DNA from: a virus
Lineage: Duplodnaviria; Heunggongvirae; Uroviricota; Caudoviricetes
DNA: 64,000 bases
IMG/VR virus record: IMGVR_UViG_3300037467_000752
Strand: one strand, 5' to 3'
The notes under the pieces are model-generated. The model was given only the letters and a program-made list of their open reading frames with translations, did no database searches and had not been told where the DNA came from. The position numbers and the translations under genes are program-made. Positions 17,589 to 27,122 of the stretch are shown piece after piece (position 1 is the stretch's first letter; each line of letters starts with the position of its first letter).

Positions 17589-18095
17589 ATGAGTAAAATT
17601 TGCATGGAATCGCTGTGGGCTTCTTACGAGAACATCCGCACGATGAACACCATCACTGGAAATCTTTCCGCCAGTGCTGGAATCGAGAAGGGCTTTGACA
17701 ACAAGCTGGATAGCCAACTTAGCTTTGTGTTTGAAGAACTGACGGAAGGCATCGATGCGTTGGAGCAAGGGGATGCACACAACTTCGGCAAGGAAGTAGT
17801 AGACATTTGGGTGACGGTGTGCGGCTTGATGCAGATCGCAGAGGCTGCGGGCTATGACATTGAAGAAAACATGCGCTACGTGGACTCCAACAACCTCGCT
17901 AAGTTTCCTTCGGAAATGCCGCGTGAAGTGCCGGAAGATTGCCACCGTGTTGTGCACAACGAAGAATTCAACCGCTTCGCTATCCTGCGCCGGGATGGGA
18001 AGTTCCTGAAGCCGAGGGGTTGGAAGAAGATTGACCCGAAGACGCTGAAGGCACCTGAAGGTATTTTTGCAAATCGTGAAGGAGCGCAGGCATGA
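17589..18095 (+). CDS. MazG-like nucleoside triphosphate pyrophosphohydrolase
   Basis: Segment ELTEGIDALEQGDAHNFGKEVVDIWVTVCGLMQIAEAAGYDIE matches the MazG EExxE/D helical motif. RBS aaagaaaggaaag. Confidence 0.5.
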   Translation: MSKICMESLWASYENIRTMNTITGNLSASAGIEKGFDNKLDSQLSFVFEELTEGIDALEQGDAHNFGKEVVDIWVTVCGLMQIAEAAGYDIEENMRYVDSNNLAKFPSEMPREVPEDCHRVVHNEEFNRFAILRRDGKFLKPRGWKKIDPKTLKAPEGIFANREGAQA

Positions 18096-18700
18096 AAGCA
18101 ATCAGCGTCTATGACCTGAAGCGTATCCCGGCACTGTCGCACCTGACGTATTTCGATCTTGTGCACCCGGACAATGACAAGCTGGTGAATCCGTATCTGC
18201 ACGACATCGGCTTCAATCTGAACAAGGGTCTGAGCTACACGGTTAGCCAGCATCGCACGCTTGCGAATACCGTGGAAATCGGCTTCGTGATTCGTGGTGA
18301 AGTGAGAACTGACCGTGAATTCCTGAATAGCTCGCTTGCTACGCTGGAAGACAAAATGGCGGCAGCGGCTTTGACGGACATGAGCCTGTGTGCGGAACTG
18401 TGCCGAATGATGAATCAAGCATCCAGCATCGGTGCCTACAGTAGTGCAACTCGTGATGGTGAGCCTGATACGGACTTCCCGGAGAGCCTGACGAATCCCG
18501 ATGAAGCTGAAATCGTGAGCAAGATTCGGCAACTGGAACAAATTCTGGATGACATTCGGGGTAGCCAGCATAAGGAAGATGGAAGCCTGAAGCTGCCCGA
18601 GGATTACCAGAAGCAACCTGACATGAAGCTTGCAAGGAAGACCATCCGGCGACACAAGGAAGTGCTTACCAACTTGAGAATCGGTAAGCTTGACGACTAG
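18092..18700 (+). CDS. Hypothetical protein
   Basis: ATGA overlap start. No domain assigned. Confidence 0.45.
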   Translation: MKAISVYDLKRIPALSHLTYFDLVHPDNDKLVNPYLHDIGFNLNKGLSYTVSQHRTLANTVEIGFVIRGEVRTDREFLNSSLATLEDKMAAAALTDMSLCAELCRMMNQASSIGAYSSATRDGEPDTDFPESLTNPDEAEIVSKIRQLEQILDDIRGSQHKEDGSLKLPEDYQKQPDMKLARKTIRRHKEVLTNLRIGKLDD

Positions 18701-18718
18701 CTAGCTACGTGCTATAAT
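18690..18718 (+). promoter_or_regulatory. Sigma70-like promoter: TTGACG, 17-nt spacer, TATAAT
   Basis: Near-consensus hexamers about 80 nt upstream of the ribonucleotide reductase ATG. Confidence 0.55.
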
Positions 18719-18799
18719 TATCGTCCGGGTCGTGGAGAGCAATCTTCACGGCTCTTTCTTTTCTGGATCAACATAACACACAAGTAGTACAAGGAAAGC

Positions 18800-21613
18800 A
18801 TGGACATTTCCCAACAAGTCTTCAGTGACATCATCATTTACAACAAGTACGCCAAATACATTCCCGCCCTCAAGCGCCGCGAAACGTGGGAGGAAATCTG
18901 TGATCGCAATGCAGCGATGCACCTGAAGAAGTTCCCGCAGCTTGAGGACAGCATCCGAGCCGTGTATACGGATTACGTCAAGACTAAGAAGGTGCTCCCG
19001 TCCATGCGATCCATGCAATTCGGCGGGCGTCCCATTGAACTCAACCACACAAGAATCTACAACTGCTGCCTACTCCCCGTGGACAATGTAGTGGCCTTTG
19101 GTGAAACCATGTTCCTGCTGCTGGGAGGCACAGGCGTAGGCTACAGCGTGCAGAAGCATCATATTGAAAAGCTGCCCGTCATCCAAGGACCGAAGACCAC
19201 ACGCAGGCGCTACCTTGTCTCCGATTCGATTGAAGGCTGGGGCGACGCGGTGAAGATGCTCCTGAAGGCGTACGCAGAGGGCAGGGCCAACCCTGATTTT
19301 GATTTTCGCGATATCCGTCCGAAGGGTGCCACGCTGGTAACTGCTGGCGGCAAGGCTCCCGGCCCGGAACCCCTGCGCATCTGTCTGGAAAATCTCCGCA
19401 CGGTGTTGAATGGGGCTGTCGGTCGCAAGCTGACGACGCTGGAGTGCCATGATATGCAGTGTCACATTGCCGATGCTGTCCTTTCTGGAGGTATCCGCCG
19501 TGCAGCCATGATCGCGTTCTTCAGCCATGACGACCTTGACATGGTGACTTGCAAGAGCGGTGCATGGTGGGAACTGAACCCCCAGCGCGGGCGTGCGAAC
19601 AACTCCGCTGTGTTGCACAGGGATGAAATCGATCAAGACGCATTTCAACGTCTGTGGCAGAGAGTTGAAGAGTCTAACGCGGGGGAGCCGGGCGTCTATT
19701 GGACTAACGATAAGGAGATTCTGAGCAACCCGTGCTTTAGGGGCGATATGGAACTGCTTACCTCCGAAGGCTACAAACGAATCGATAGCCTCGTGGGTAA
19801 GGAATTCCTCAACGTCAATAAGGACGGCAACCTCACCGCTGGCAAGGTGTGGTCCACTGGCGTAAAGCCTGTTGTGGAAGTCCGCTTTCGTCACAGCAGG
19901 GCCGGAAGGAAGCCTAGCCTGTACGTCACACCCAATCACACATTCATGCTGAATGACGGAACGGAGTGCGAGGCTAAAGACTTGGCAGGTAAGCGGCTTA
20001 TGCCTTACTTTACCGGCAAGGCTATTCCTCGCGTTCAAGAAGATTTCAAAGCTGGCTTCATGCTCGGCGATGCGTGCCTGACGGACGCTGCAAATCCTGA
20101 CAAGGCTGGAATTGTGGTGTGCATTGGCGAGAATGACGTAGAAGTAGCGGACATTTTTGGGGTCACCCTGTCAGACAACCATCGGCATTACCTCCAATCT
20201 GCCAGATCGCTTGTGGACAAGTATGGCTTGCCCGTTACACAGACGTTTGATAGGCAGCTTGGTGATAACCGCAGTGACGACTTCCTCATGGGTCTGTACT
20301 CTGCAAACGGGTGTGTGATTGCATCTGGTAAACGTGTTGCTCTCAAGACGACATCTAAGTTGCTTGCACAGCAAGTAGTTGAGTGGCTGCAGGCCAAAGG
20401 AATGACGCCGTATGTGACGACAAATAAGGCGAAGCGGATTCAATGGCCTAACGGAGAATACGAAAGCCGGGAGAGCTATGACGTTAACCTCGCTGGGCTT
20501 GAGAACCTGATTCGGTTTGCGGAAGTCGTTTCGTTTGTGCATGGCTACAAGCGTGAAGCACTGGCACAAGCAATTCGCGAAAGCTCTCCTACTGTTTCGG
20601 CTGTTCTGTCGGCGGGGGAAGCTGAAGTGTTTGACTTCACTGAGCCTGAAACTCATTGGGGCATCGTCAATGGCGTTGTTGCGCACAACTGTGTCGAGGC
20701 TACGTTGCGAATGTTCTCGTTCTGCAACCTTACTACGGTTAACGCATCGGATGTCGAGACGCAAGATGAGTTGAACAAACGAGTAGCCGCTGCTACCCTC
20801 ATCGGCACTCTGCAAGCATCCTATACAGACTTCCACTATCTGCGGGATGAATGGAAGAAGGTTACGGAAGAAGACGCCCTTATCGGTGTGTCCATGACGG
20901 GCATCGGCTCTGGCAGGGTGTTGAAACTGGACTTGACGGAAGCCGCACGCATTGTGGTGACAGTGAACAAGGATGTGGCATCGCTAGTCGGCATTAATAC
21001 GGCTGCTCGGACCTCGCTTCTCAAGCCTGAAGGCACTGCCTCTATCGTGGTGGGCTCTTCATCTGGCATCCATGCATGGCACGCTCCGTTCTACCGTCGC
21101 CGTATGCGCCTTGGAAAGAACGAGCCGCTGTACGCCTACGTGAAGGCCAACTTCCCGGAGCTTGTGGAGGATTGCCACTTCAAACCGCACCTTGAAGCCG
21201 TGCTGACGATTCCGCAGAAAGCTCCCGAGGGCTCCATCTTGCGCGATGAGTCGTTCTTGGATTTGCTGGAGCGTGTTCGCAGGTTCAATCAGGAGTGGAT
21301 TGCTCCGGGCCATAATCGCGGCGTGCAGAAGCACAACGTATCTTGCACCATCAGCCTGAAGCCTGACGAGTGGGAAGCCTGCGGTGAGTGGATGTGGAAG
21401 CATCGCAACGAGTACAACGGCATCAGCGTGTTGCCTTATGACGGTGGGACGTACATCCAAGCGCCGTTCGAAGACTGCACGGAAGAAGAGTACAATGCGA
21501 TGATGTCGCTGCTTCATAGCATCGATCTTACGCAGGTGATTGAAACCGACGACGCTACGGGCTTTACGCAGGAAGCGGCCTGTGCTGGCGGCCAATGCGA
21601 GGTTATCCTGTAA
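18800..21613 (+). CDS. Ribonucleotide reductase large subunit interrupted by an intein
   Basis: RNR active-site context EPGVYWTND...SNPC, resuming as VEATL; the spliced product reads SNPCVEATL. C-terminal CAGGQC redox pair. No beta-subunit gene lies adjacent, so a class II single-chain enzyme is suggested. Confidence 0.75.
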   Translation: MDISQQVFSDIIIYNKYAKYIPALKRRETWEEICDRNAAMHLKKFPQLEDSIRAVYTDYVKTKKVLPSMRSMQFGGRPIELNHTRIYNCCLLPVDNVVAFGETMFLLLGGTGVGYSVQKHHIEKLPVIQGPKTTRRRYLVSDSIEGWGDAVKMLLKAYAEGRANPDFDFRDIRPKGATLVTAGGKAPGPEPLRICLENLRTVLNGAVGRKLTTLECHDMQCHIADAVLSGGIRRAAMIAFFSHDDLDMVTCKSGAWWELNPQRGRANNSAVLHRDEIDQDAFQRLWQRVEESNAGEPGVYWTNDKEILSNPCFRGDMELLTSEGYKRIDSLVGKEFLNVNKDGNLTAGKVWSTGVKPVVEVRFRHSRAGRKPSLYVTPNHTFMLNDGTECEAKDLAGKRLMPYFTGKAIPRVQEDFKAGFMLGDACLTDAANPDKAGIVVCIGENDVEVADIFGVTLSDNHRHYLQSARSLVDKYGLPVTQTFDRQLGDNRSDDFLMGLYSANGCVIASGKRVALKTTSKLLAQQVVEWLQAKGMTPYVTTNKAKRIQWPNGEYESRESYDVNLAGLENLIRFAEVVSFVHGYKREALAQAIRESSPTVSAVLSAGEAEVFDFTEPETHWGIVNGVVAHNCVEATLRMFSFCNLTTVNASDVETQDELNKRVAAATLIGTLQASYTDFHYLRDEWKKVTEEDALIGVSMTGIGSGRVLKLDLTEAARIVVTVNKDVASLVGINTAARTSLLKPEGTASIVVGSSSGIHAWHAPFYRRRMRLGKNEPLYAYVKANFPELVEDCHFKPHLEAVLTIPQKAPEGSILRDESFLDLLERVRRFNQEWIAPGHNRGVQKHNVSCTISLKPDEWEACGEWMWKHRNEYNGISVLPYDGGTYIQAPFEDCTEEEYNAMMSLLHSIDLTQVIETDDATGFTQEAACAGGQCEVIL
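19733..20689 (+). other. Intein (319 aa) with a LAGLIDADG homing endonuclease, inserted at the RNR active site
   Basis: Starts with the Cys of CFRGDMELLTSEGYK. Block B TPNHTFML. Ends VVAHN, followed by the +1 Cys. Two LAGLIDADG-like motifs (GFMLGDACL and FLMGLYSANG). Confidence 0.7.
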
Positions 21614-21867
21614 TGCTTACCGTCTATTCGACCCCGGCTTGTCCGGGCTGTACCGCAGTCAAAGCCCTGCTGCTTCGCTTCAACATTCCGTTTGAAGTGA
21701 AGATGGTAACGGAGGATGAGGGAGCGAAAGCTTTCTTCAAGGCCAAGGGCCATCGTTCCGTGCCACAGGTGTACGCTGGCGATGTCTACGTGGGCGACTT
21801 CGCTGCCGTATCCAAGACAGGGGCTGCAGACCTAATGGCTTTAGCAACGAAACAACAAAAGACTTGA
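21613..21867 (+). CDS. Glutaredoxin/thioredoxin-fold redox protein (NrdH/Grx-like)
   Basis: CPGC active site at the N-terminus of a roughly 85-aa thioredoxin fold. Immediately downstream of the RNR gene (TAATG overlap). Confidence 0.6.
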   Translation: MLTVYSTPACPGCTAVKALLLRFNIPFEVKMVTEDEGAKAFFKAKGHRSVPQVYAGDVYVGDFAAVSKTGAADLMALATKQQKT

Positions 21868-21880
21868 CACTACTGGACGG

Positions 21881-21918
21881 CTGAGGCACACTGCGTGCTT
21901 CAGTCGTTTTTTTTTTTT
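21881..21918 (+). terminator. Strong intrinsic terminator
   Basis: Stem CTGAGGCAC-actgc-GTGCTTCAG (9 bp with one G-U pair), followed by TCG and 12 T residues. Confidence 0.7.
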
Positions 21919-21946
21919 GCCCCAACCATCCTAGAAGGAGCAAGCA

Positions 21947-22255
21947 ATGGCAAAGCGCAAGATGCATGACGTGCTGTGGGAAGCAGCCAACACGTACCTT
22001 CCCTACAACGATGACTTCAATCATCGCCGCTGGAGTTGCAACTCTGCGCTGGCTGCGGAATTCGAGGGCTACGAAAACCCGAGAAATCGTCGCGCTGCAG
22101 CTACGGACAAGTTCCTGAAGTCGCTCGGCTGTGCCACGGGCGGTCTGAAGGGCAAGTTCCAGAACTACCCGGAAGGCCCGGAGCGCCAAGGTGTTCGCTA
22201 CATGTGGCTCATGCTTGCTGCAGCCGTTGCCAAGGACGAAGGAGTGACGCTGTGA
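21947..22255 (+). CDS. Hypothetical protein
   Basis: RBS gaaggagcaag. No domain assigned. Confidence 0.45.
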   Translation: MAKRKMHDVLWEAANTYLPYNDDFNHRRWSCNSALAAEFEGYENPRNRRAAATDKFLKSLGCATGGLKGKFQNYPEGPERQGVRYMWLMLAAAVAKDEGVTL

Positions 22256-22569
22256 AGCTGTCCGAAGCATTCCGCGAAGCAAAGACACTGATGCATTCCG
22301 AACGCAACGGCGGATTCATTTGCCTTGCTCTGGAAGACCTCGCTGTCGATGATCGAGTGACAGCCAAGGAAGCAGCCCTCATCGTACAGGCTCGCATCCG
22401 TGGATACTACACAGCAAACGAATACGTCGCCCGCACGGAGTACGGCTACGAAGGGAAGACAGGCGTTGCTCTGGAAACGTTCCTTCGTGTGAACGGTGTC
22501 AACATGACGAAGTGGCGCGAGGACTTTCTTGACCGTCTGATCTACGAATACGAAGCCAAAGGCCAATGA
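22252..22569 (+). CDS. Hypothetical protein (105 aa)
   Basis: GTGA overlap start within the longer ORF 22036-22569. Confidence 0.4.
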   Translation: MKLSEAFREAKTLMHSERNGGFICLALEDLAVDDRVTAKEAALIVQARIRGYYTANEYVARTEYGYEGKTGVALETFLRVNGVNMTKWREDFLDRLIYEYEAKGQ

Positions 22570-22580
22570 GGAAATGAGCA

Positions 22581-22742
22581 ATGAAGAAGGTCTTCGTCAC
22601 AATCATCAACCGTTGCCGCAAGTACACCTTCCTGTGTGATGCGTACTCGGAAAACGGCAAGTGGAAGATTCCGTTGGCCGCTTACGAGCAGTGCCTTCAC
22701 CGCTCCAACGTCCGTATCAGCGATACGTTCACAATGGGCTGA
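22581..22742 (+). CDS. Hypothetical small protein (53 aa)
   Basis: RBS gaggaaatgag. Cys-containing. Confidence 0.3.
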   Translation: MKKVFVTIINRCRKYTFLCDAYSENGKWKIPLAAYEQCLHRSNVRISDTFTMG

Positions 22743-22745
22743 CAC

Positions 22746-22913
22746 ATGAAAGGCGCTGTCATCTACAACGGCGTGTGGCTGTGCAAGGGCAGTGTTGCTC
22801 TGGAGCTACACCAGAAGGGTGAATGGAAGAAACTTGACACCCATATGAAGGAAGTGGAACAGAAGTACCGTACACTTCATGGCATAGCAACCAAACAAGG
22901 AGAGAAGCAATGA
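22746..22913 (+). CDS. Hypothetical small protein (55 aa)
   Basis: Tight packing. ATGA overlap with the next gene. Confidence 0.3.
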   Translation: MKGAVIYNGVWLCKGSVALELHQKGEWKKLDTHMKEVEQKYRTLHGIATKQGEKQ

Positions 22914-23239
22914 AAAATCTGCTTAGCAAGTACAGCCCCAGCGTTCACGCGGTGGCAGTGAAGCGGTTGATCGAACTGCGTGACGGTGCTACTGCCAGAA
23001 GCGCAACTGCTGGCATTTGCAAGGACATCGCGTTCGCCTTCATCGCCAATGGCATCCACCTTGGCGAAGAACCTGTGGACTCTGGCTACGACTACTGCCG
23101 AGACGTGTTCCGCGATATGGACCTGCCTGATGACCCGCTCGATTACGGTGTCCACCTTATGTGGGAAGGCGAAGCAGGGACAACTCGTCGTGCGTTTGCG
23201 GGCGAAATGGCTGCACATATTCAGGAGAACTACCTGTGA
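22910..23239 (+). CDS. Hypothetical protein
   Basis: RBS aaggagagaag. No domain assigned. Confidence 0.45.
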   Translation: MKNLLSKYSPSVHAVAVKRLIELRDGATARSATAGICKDIAFAFIANGIHLGEEPVDSGYDYCRDVFRDMDLPDDPLDYGVHLMWEGEAGTTRRAFAGEMAAHIQENYL

Positions 23240-24060
23240 TCGACCTGTACATCCACGGTCGCAAGGTGCCTGTCACGTGGAAGCGATTCCCCGGTGGCGA
23301 AACGCTCGTGCGTATCGAGACTCCGCAAGCTGGCGTGGACCTCGGCGCACGCATCGTCATGCGCTTCGAAGGCAACGATGACCTGTTCAATCTCGCCTTG
23401 CTCGTGGACGCCATCCGTCGCAATGTGAATGTGGGCCGAATCACGTTGGACATGCCCTACCTTCCCTACGCACGTCAGGATCGTGTGTGCAGCCCCGGCG
23501 AATCACTTAGCGTGAAAGTTGCGTGCGACTTCATCAACAGTCTTAAGTTCGATGCTGTGTTCGTGAAGGACATCCACTCTGAAGTTGGCGTTGCGTTACT
23601 GGATAATCTGCGGCACATGACCCAAGCGGATGCTGCCTTCTGGTTTACCGGAGCCCTGCGCCGCGATGAAACAGTGCTAGTGAGCCCGGATGCCGGGGCC
23701 AACAAGAAGGTGCTGACGTTCGCCAAGGAACACTCCTTCGATGACGTGGTGCGTGCAGACAAGCTGCGCGACACTCGCACGGGAGCAATCCTTGACACCA
23801 TCGTGTACAGCGAACATATCGGCAGCAGAAACTTCCTCATCTTGGACGACATCTGCGATGGCGGCAGAACGTTCGTGGAACTTGCGAAGAAGCTGCGACC
23901 TCTGACGGAAGGGAAGATTTTCCTGTACGTCACGCACGGCATCTTCTCGGCTGGCGTGGATGTTTTCAACGGCATCGTTGATCGCATCTACGTCACGAAC
24001 TACATGGGCAAGGCTGCAGACTCCCTGCATCCACTCATCATCAGCAACCACAACAAGTAA
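23236..24060 (+). CDS. prs: Ribose-phosphate pyrophosphokinase (PRPP synthetase)
   Basis: Motif ITLDMPYLPYARQDRV matches the diagnostic Prs motif. PRPP-binding loop ILDDICDGGRT. GTGA overlap start. Confidence 0.8.
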   Translation: MIDLYIHGRKVPVTWKRFPGGETLVRIETPQAGVDLGARIVMRFEGNDDLFNLALLVDAIRRNVNVGRITLDMPYLPYARQDRVCSPGESLSVKVACDFINSLKFDAVFVKDIHSEVGVALLDNLRHMTQADAAFWFTGALRRDETVLVSPDAGANKKVLTFAKEHSFDDVVRADKLRDTRTGAILDTIVYSEHIGSRNFLILDDICDGGRTFVELAKKLRPLTEGKIFLYVTHGIFSAGVDVFNGIVDRIYVTNYMGKAADSLHPLIISNHNK

Positions 24061-24075
24061 GAAAGGACAGAAACA

Positions 24076-25731
24076 ATGTTCAACATCTTCCCTCCCCACG
24101 CCTGTGACTTCTACAAGACCGGGCATATCTACCAATACGTGCCCGGCACGCAACAGGTGTACTCCAACTTCACGGCCCGAGCAGCAACGCACGCACGGAT
24201 GCCCAAGGAGTGGGACGGCAAAGTGGTGTTCTTCGGCCTGCAGGCAATGGTCAAGGGCTTCTTGATCGACCAGTGGAACCGCGAGTTCTTCGACAAGCCC
24301 AAGCACAAAGTCGTCGCACGCTACACCCGTCGCATGGACGCGGCGCTGGGTGCTGGCGTGGTGACTTCCGAACACATTGCAGCCCTGCACGATCTTGGCT
24401 TCCTGCCTGTCATCGTCAAGGCCCTGCCGGAAGGCTCCCGTGTGAACCTGAAGGTGCCGCTGTTCACGGTGACGAACCATCCCAACTACCCGGAGTTCTT
24501 CTGGCTGACGAACTATCTGGAGGATGCGTTCTCGGCTGAATGCTGGAAGCCTATCACTGTGGCTACCATCGCCTACGAGTTCCGCCGAATCCTACGCAAG
24601 TGGCAGGAAATCACGGGCTCTGCCCCGCAGTTCGTGGATTGGCAGCTTCACGACTTCTCCATGCGTGGACTCGATGGCCTGATGGCGGCTGGCCCCACGG
24701 GCGGTGCACACATGGCTGCAACGGGCTACGGCACGGACAACATCCTTGCCCTCGATTGGCTGGAGGAATACTACAACGCCGATGCGGAGTTCGAACTGCT
24801 TGGCGGGGGCGTTCCGGCTACGGAGCACAGCGTCATGTGCATGGGTGGCAAGGAAGATGAGAAGGAAACTTTCCGCCGCCTGATGGCTCGCTACCCCACT
24901 GGCATCTTGTCTATCGTGTCCGACACGTGGGACTTCTGGAAAGTCATCACGCAAACGGCGCTGGAACTGAAGGATGAAATCCTCGCACGACAACCCGATG
25001 CGCTGGGCAATGCCAAGCTGGTGTTCCGCCCCGATTCGGGCGACCCGGTGAAGATCATCACGGGCCTGACGTACAAGGAAATCCAAAGCCTTGACGACTA
25101 CGATGATGTCAATGGCGAGGAAGTGGTGAAGTACGAAGGCAAGTTCTACGAGTACGAAGTGGATTACCACTACAGCTATGACGACTCGTGGCCCACGGGT
25201 ATCACACTCGGCAAGGAAGTGCCTGAGCATGTCGTCAAGGGTGCTGTGGAGTGCCTGTGGGACATCTTCGGTGGTGACACCAATGAGAAGGGCTACAAGA
25301 CGCTGAATCAGCGTGTGGGCCTCATCTACGGTGACAGCATCACGTTGGACCGGGAGGAAGCCATCCTCAGCCGCCTTGCGGCCAAGGGCTTCAGCGCAGG
25401 CAACCTCGTGTTCGGCATCGGCAGCTTCACGTACCAATACGTGACGCGGGACACCTTCGGCATGGCAATGAAGGCAACGTTCGGCGTGGTGGAGGGTGAA
25501 GACCGCGAACTGTTCAAAGACCCAGCTACGGGTGACGGCATGAAGAAGTCTGCTAAGGGCTTGCTGCGTGTGGAGAAGGAGGGCGACAACTTCGTCCTCT
25601 ACGACCAGCAGACGCGAGAGCAAGAAGCGCAAGGCGCACTGGAAACCGTCTTCTACTGCGGCTCGCTGCACAGGGATGAGAAGTACGAAACCATTCGGTA
25701 TCGGCTTGGCATCACCACTATCAAGTTTTAA
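24076..25731 (+). CDS. nadV: Nicotinamide phosphoribosyltransferase (NAMPT, NadV-like)
   Basis: 551 aa with the NAMPT/PBEF family architecture. N-terminal DFYKTGH, GTDNIL, TEHSVM and C-terminal GSLHRD-type regions. RBS gaaaggacag. Confidence 0.8.
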   Translation: MFNIFPPHACDFYKTGHIYQYVPGTQQVYSNFTARAATHARMPKEWDGKVVFFGLQAMVKGFLIDQWNREFFDKPKHKVVARYTRRMDAALGAGVVTSEHIAALHDLGFLPVIVKALPEGSRVNLKVPLFTVTNHPNYPEFFWLTNYLEDAFSAECWKPITVATIAYEFRRILRKWQEITGSAPQFVDWQLHDFSMRGLDGLMAAGPTGGAHMAATGYGTDNILALDWLEEYYNADAEFELLGGGVPATEHSVMCMGGKEDEKETFRRLMARYPTGILSIVSDTWDFWKVITQTALELKDEILARQPDALGNAKLVFRPDSGDPVKIITGLTYKEIQSLDDYDDVNGEEVVKYEGKFYEYEVDYHYSYDDSWPTGITLGKEVPEHVVKGAVECLWDIFGGDTNEKGYKTLNQRVGLIYGDSITLDREEAILSRLAAKGFSAGNLVFGIGSFTYQYVTRDTFGMAMKATFGVVEGEDRELFKDPATGDGMKKSAKGLLRVEKEGDNFVLYDQQTREQEAQGALETVFYCGSLHRDEKYETIRYRLGITTIKF

Positions 25732-25747
25732 CAACGAAAGGAAGAAA

Positions 25748-27064
25748 ATGACGAAGCAATTCAAGAATTATGTCGGCTTTGCCGATGACCACTCGGGTTC
25801 GATGGGGACGCTGGCAAATGCTGCCATCCGCGATTCCAACGCGAACACTCAAGCCATCCGCGAAGCTGCCAGCCGTGAAATGCTGGATACCATCGTATCG
25901 GCTGTGGACTTCGGCAGTAAGGTTACTCGTCGCATTGTCAACAGCAACCCGCACGTGCTGAAGCCTGTGACGCAATGGCCTGTTGCTGGCATGACAGCGA
26001 TGTACGATGCCATTGGCGACCTCATCACTCTGTTTGAATCCCTGCCGGATGCAAACGAGCCCCACGTGTCGTTCCTTATCATGGTGACGACTGACGGGCA
26101 AGAGAACCAATCGGTGCGTTGGAACCGCTCGATGCTGGCCCGCAAGATCGCAGAGCTTCAGCAGACGGAGCGTTGGACTTTTGTGTTCCGTGTTCCGCGT
26201 GGTGCACGCGGGTATCTTGAGGGCCTGAACATCTATCCCGGCAACATCCAAGAGTGGGATACAACGGATGCAGGCATGGCGCAATCTACCGTGCAGACGA
26301 AGACGGCTATCGACACGTTTTATGCGACTCGTGCGGCTGGCAAGCGCGGCTCCAACGTGTTCTACGCTGACGCTCAGAGCGTGACGGCACAAACCGTCCA
26401 AGCCACGCTCACGGACGTTTCCAAGGAAGTGAGCATTTGGGGTGTGCTGCCTACTGAAGACGGCGAGGAAATCCAACCGTGGGCTATGAAGCGCCTTGCC
26501 GGTGCGCCGTTCCTGAAGGGTGCTGCGTTCTACCAACTGACGAAAACGGAAGCCCGCGTGCAAGACGGCAAGCTCATTGCCATCCGCGACAAGGCCAACG
26601 GCAAGGTGTACAGCGGTGACGCAGCACGCCAACTGCTGAACATGCCTGTGCGTTCGCCCAAGGGTTATGTGCGCCTGCATCCCGACGCCACGCCACAGTT
26701 CGACATCTTCATCCAGTCCACGTCTATCAACCGCAAGCTGGTAGCAGGCACGAGCGTGCTGTACTGGCCTGCCAAGGGTACGGGCTTCACGGCTGCGGAC
26801 TTCCCGTGGCTGGCTAACGGTCAAGCCAAGCCGGACGATGCGCTGACGCAACGCGCTGTGGCACTCGTGGGCCAGTCTGCCGTGGCCGCTGTGCAAGCAA
26901 CTGCCCCGGCGAGCAGCCCGGTGAAGCTGGCGTTGGCTGCGGCTTTGCAACGGAAGTTCTTCACCACGCGGGACGAAGGGCGCGACCATGCTCGAAAGAC
27001 TGGCAAGGTACTCCGGGATGCTGGTCCTACGGCTCCCCGTAACCTTCGCTGGTACGTGATTTAA
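25748..27064 (+). CDS. vWA-domain protein with a C-terminal region of unknown function
   Basis: vWA MIDAS motifs DHSGSMGT, TAMYDAI and VTTDGQEN in the N-terminal 200 aa. About 230 aa of unassigned C-terminal sequence. RBS gaaaggaagaaa. Confidence 0.6.
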   Translation: MTKQFKNYVGFADDHSGSMGTLANAAIRDSNANTQAIREAASREMLDTIVSAVDFGSKVTRRIVNSNPHVLKPVTQWPVAGMTAMYDAIGDLITLFESLPDANEPHVSFLIMVTTDGQENQSVRWNRSMLARKIAELQQTERWTFVFRVPRGARGYLEGLNIYPGNIQEWDTTDAGMAQSTVQTKTAIDTFYATRAAGKRGSNVFYADAQSVTAQTVQATLTDVSKEVSIWGVLPTEDGEEIQPWAMKRLAGAPFLKGAAFYQLTKTEARVQDGKLIAIRDKANGKVYSGDAARQLLNMPVRSPKGYVRLHPDATPQFDIFIQSTSINRKLVAGTSVLYWPAKGTGFTAADFPWLANGQAKPDDALTQRAVALVGQSAVAAVQATAPASSPVKLALAAALQRKFFTTRDEGRDHARKTGKVLRDAGPTAPRNLRWYVI

Positions 27065-27067
27065 TTC

Positions 27068-27096
27068 TTGACAAGCTCGGCAGGCAGTGCTACACT
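27068..27096 (+). promoter_or_regulatory. Sigma70-like promoter: TTGACA, 17-nt spacer, TACACT
   Basis: Lies immediately after the vWA gene stop. Same architecture as the other promoters. Confidence 0.5.
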
Positions 27097-27122
27097 GCTT
27101 GCTTCTTACAAAGGAAGAAAAG

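Noticed and set aside
18719-18799. Possible cobalamin riboswitch in the RNR leader
   Set aside because: The leader is only about 80 nt, far shorter than a B12 element, and has no B12-box. Only a weak 5-bp hairpin is present.
24592-25764. 390-aa minus-strand ORF overlapping the NAMPT gene, with similar long antisense ORFs at 25721-27307, 3948-4832, 12239-13543, 19070-20038 and 21059-21595
   Set aside because: They lie antisense to genes with clear domain signatures. Their translations are low complexity (Arg/Ala/Leu/Val-rich) and they have no RBS. This is typical of spurious ORFs in GC-rich coding DNA.
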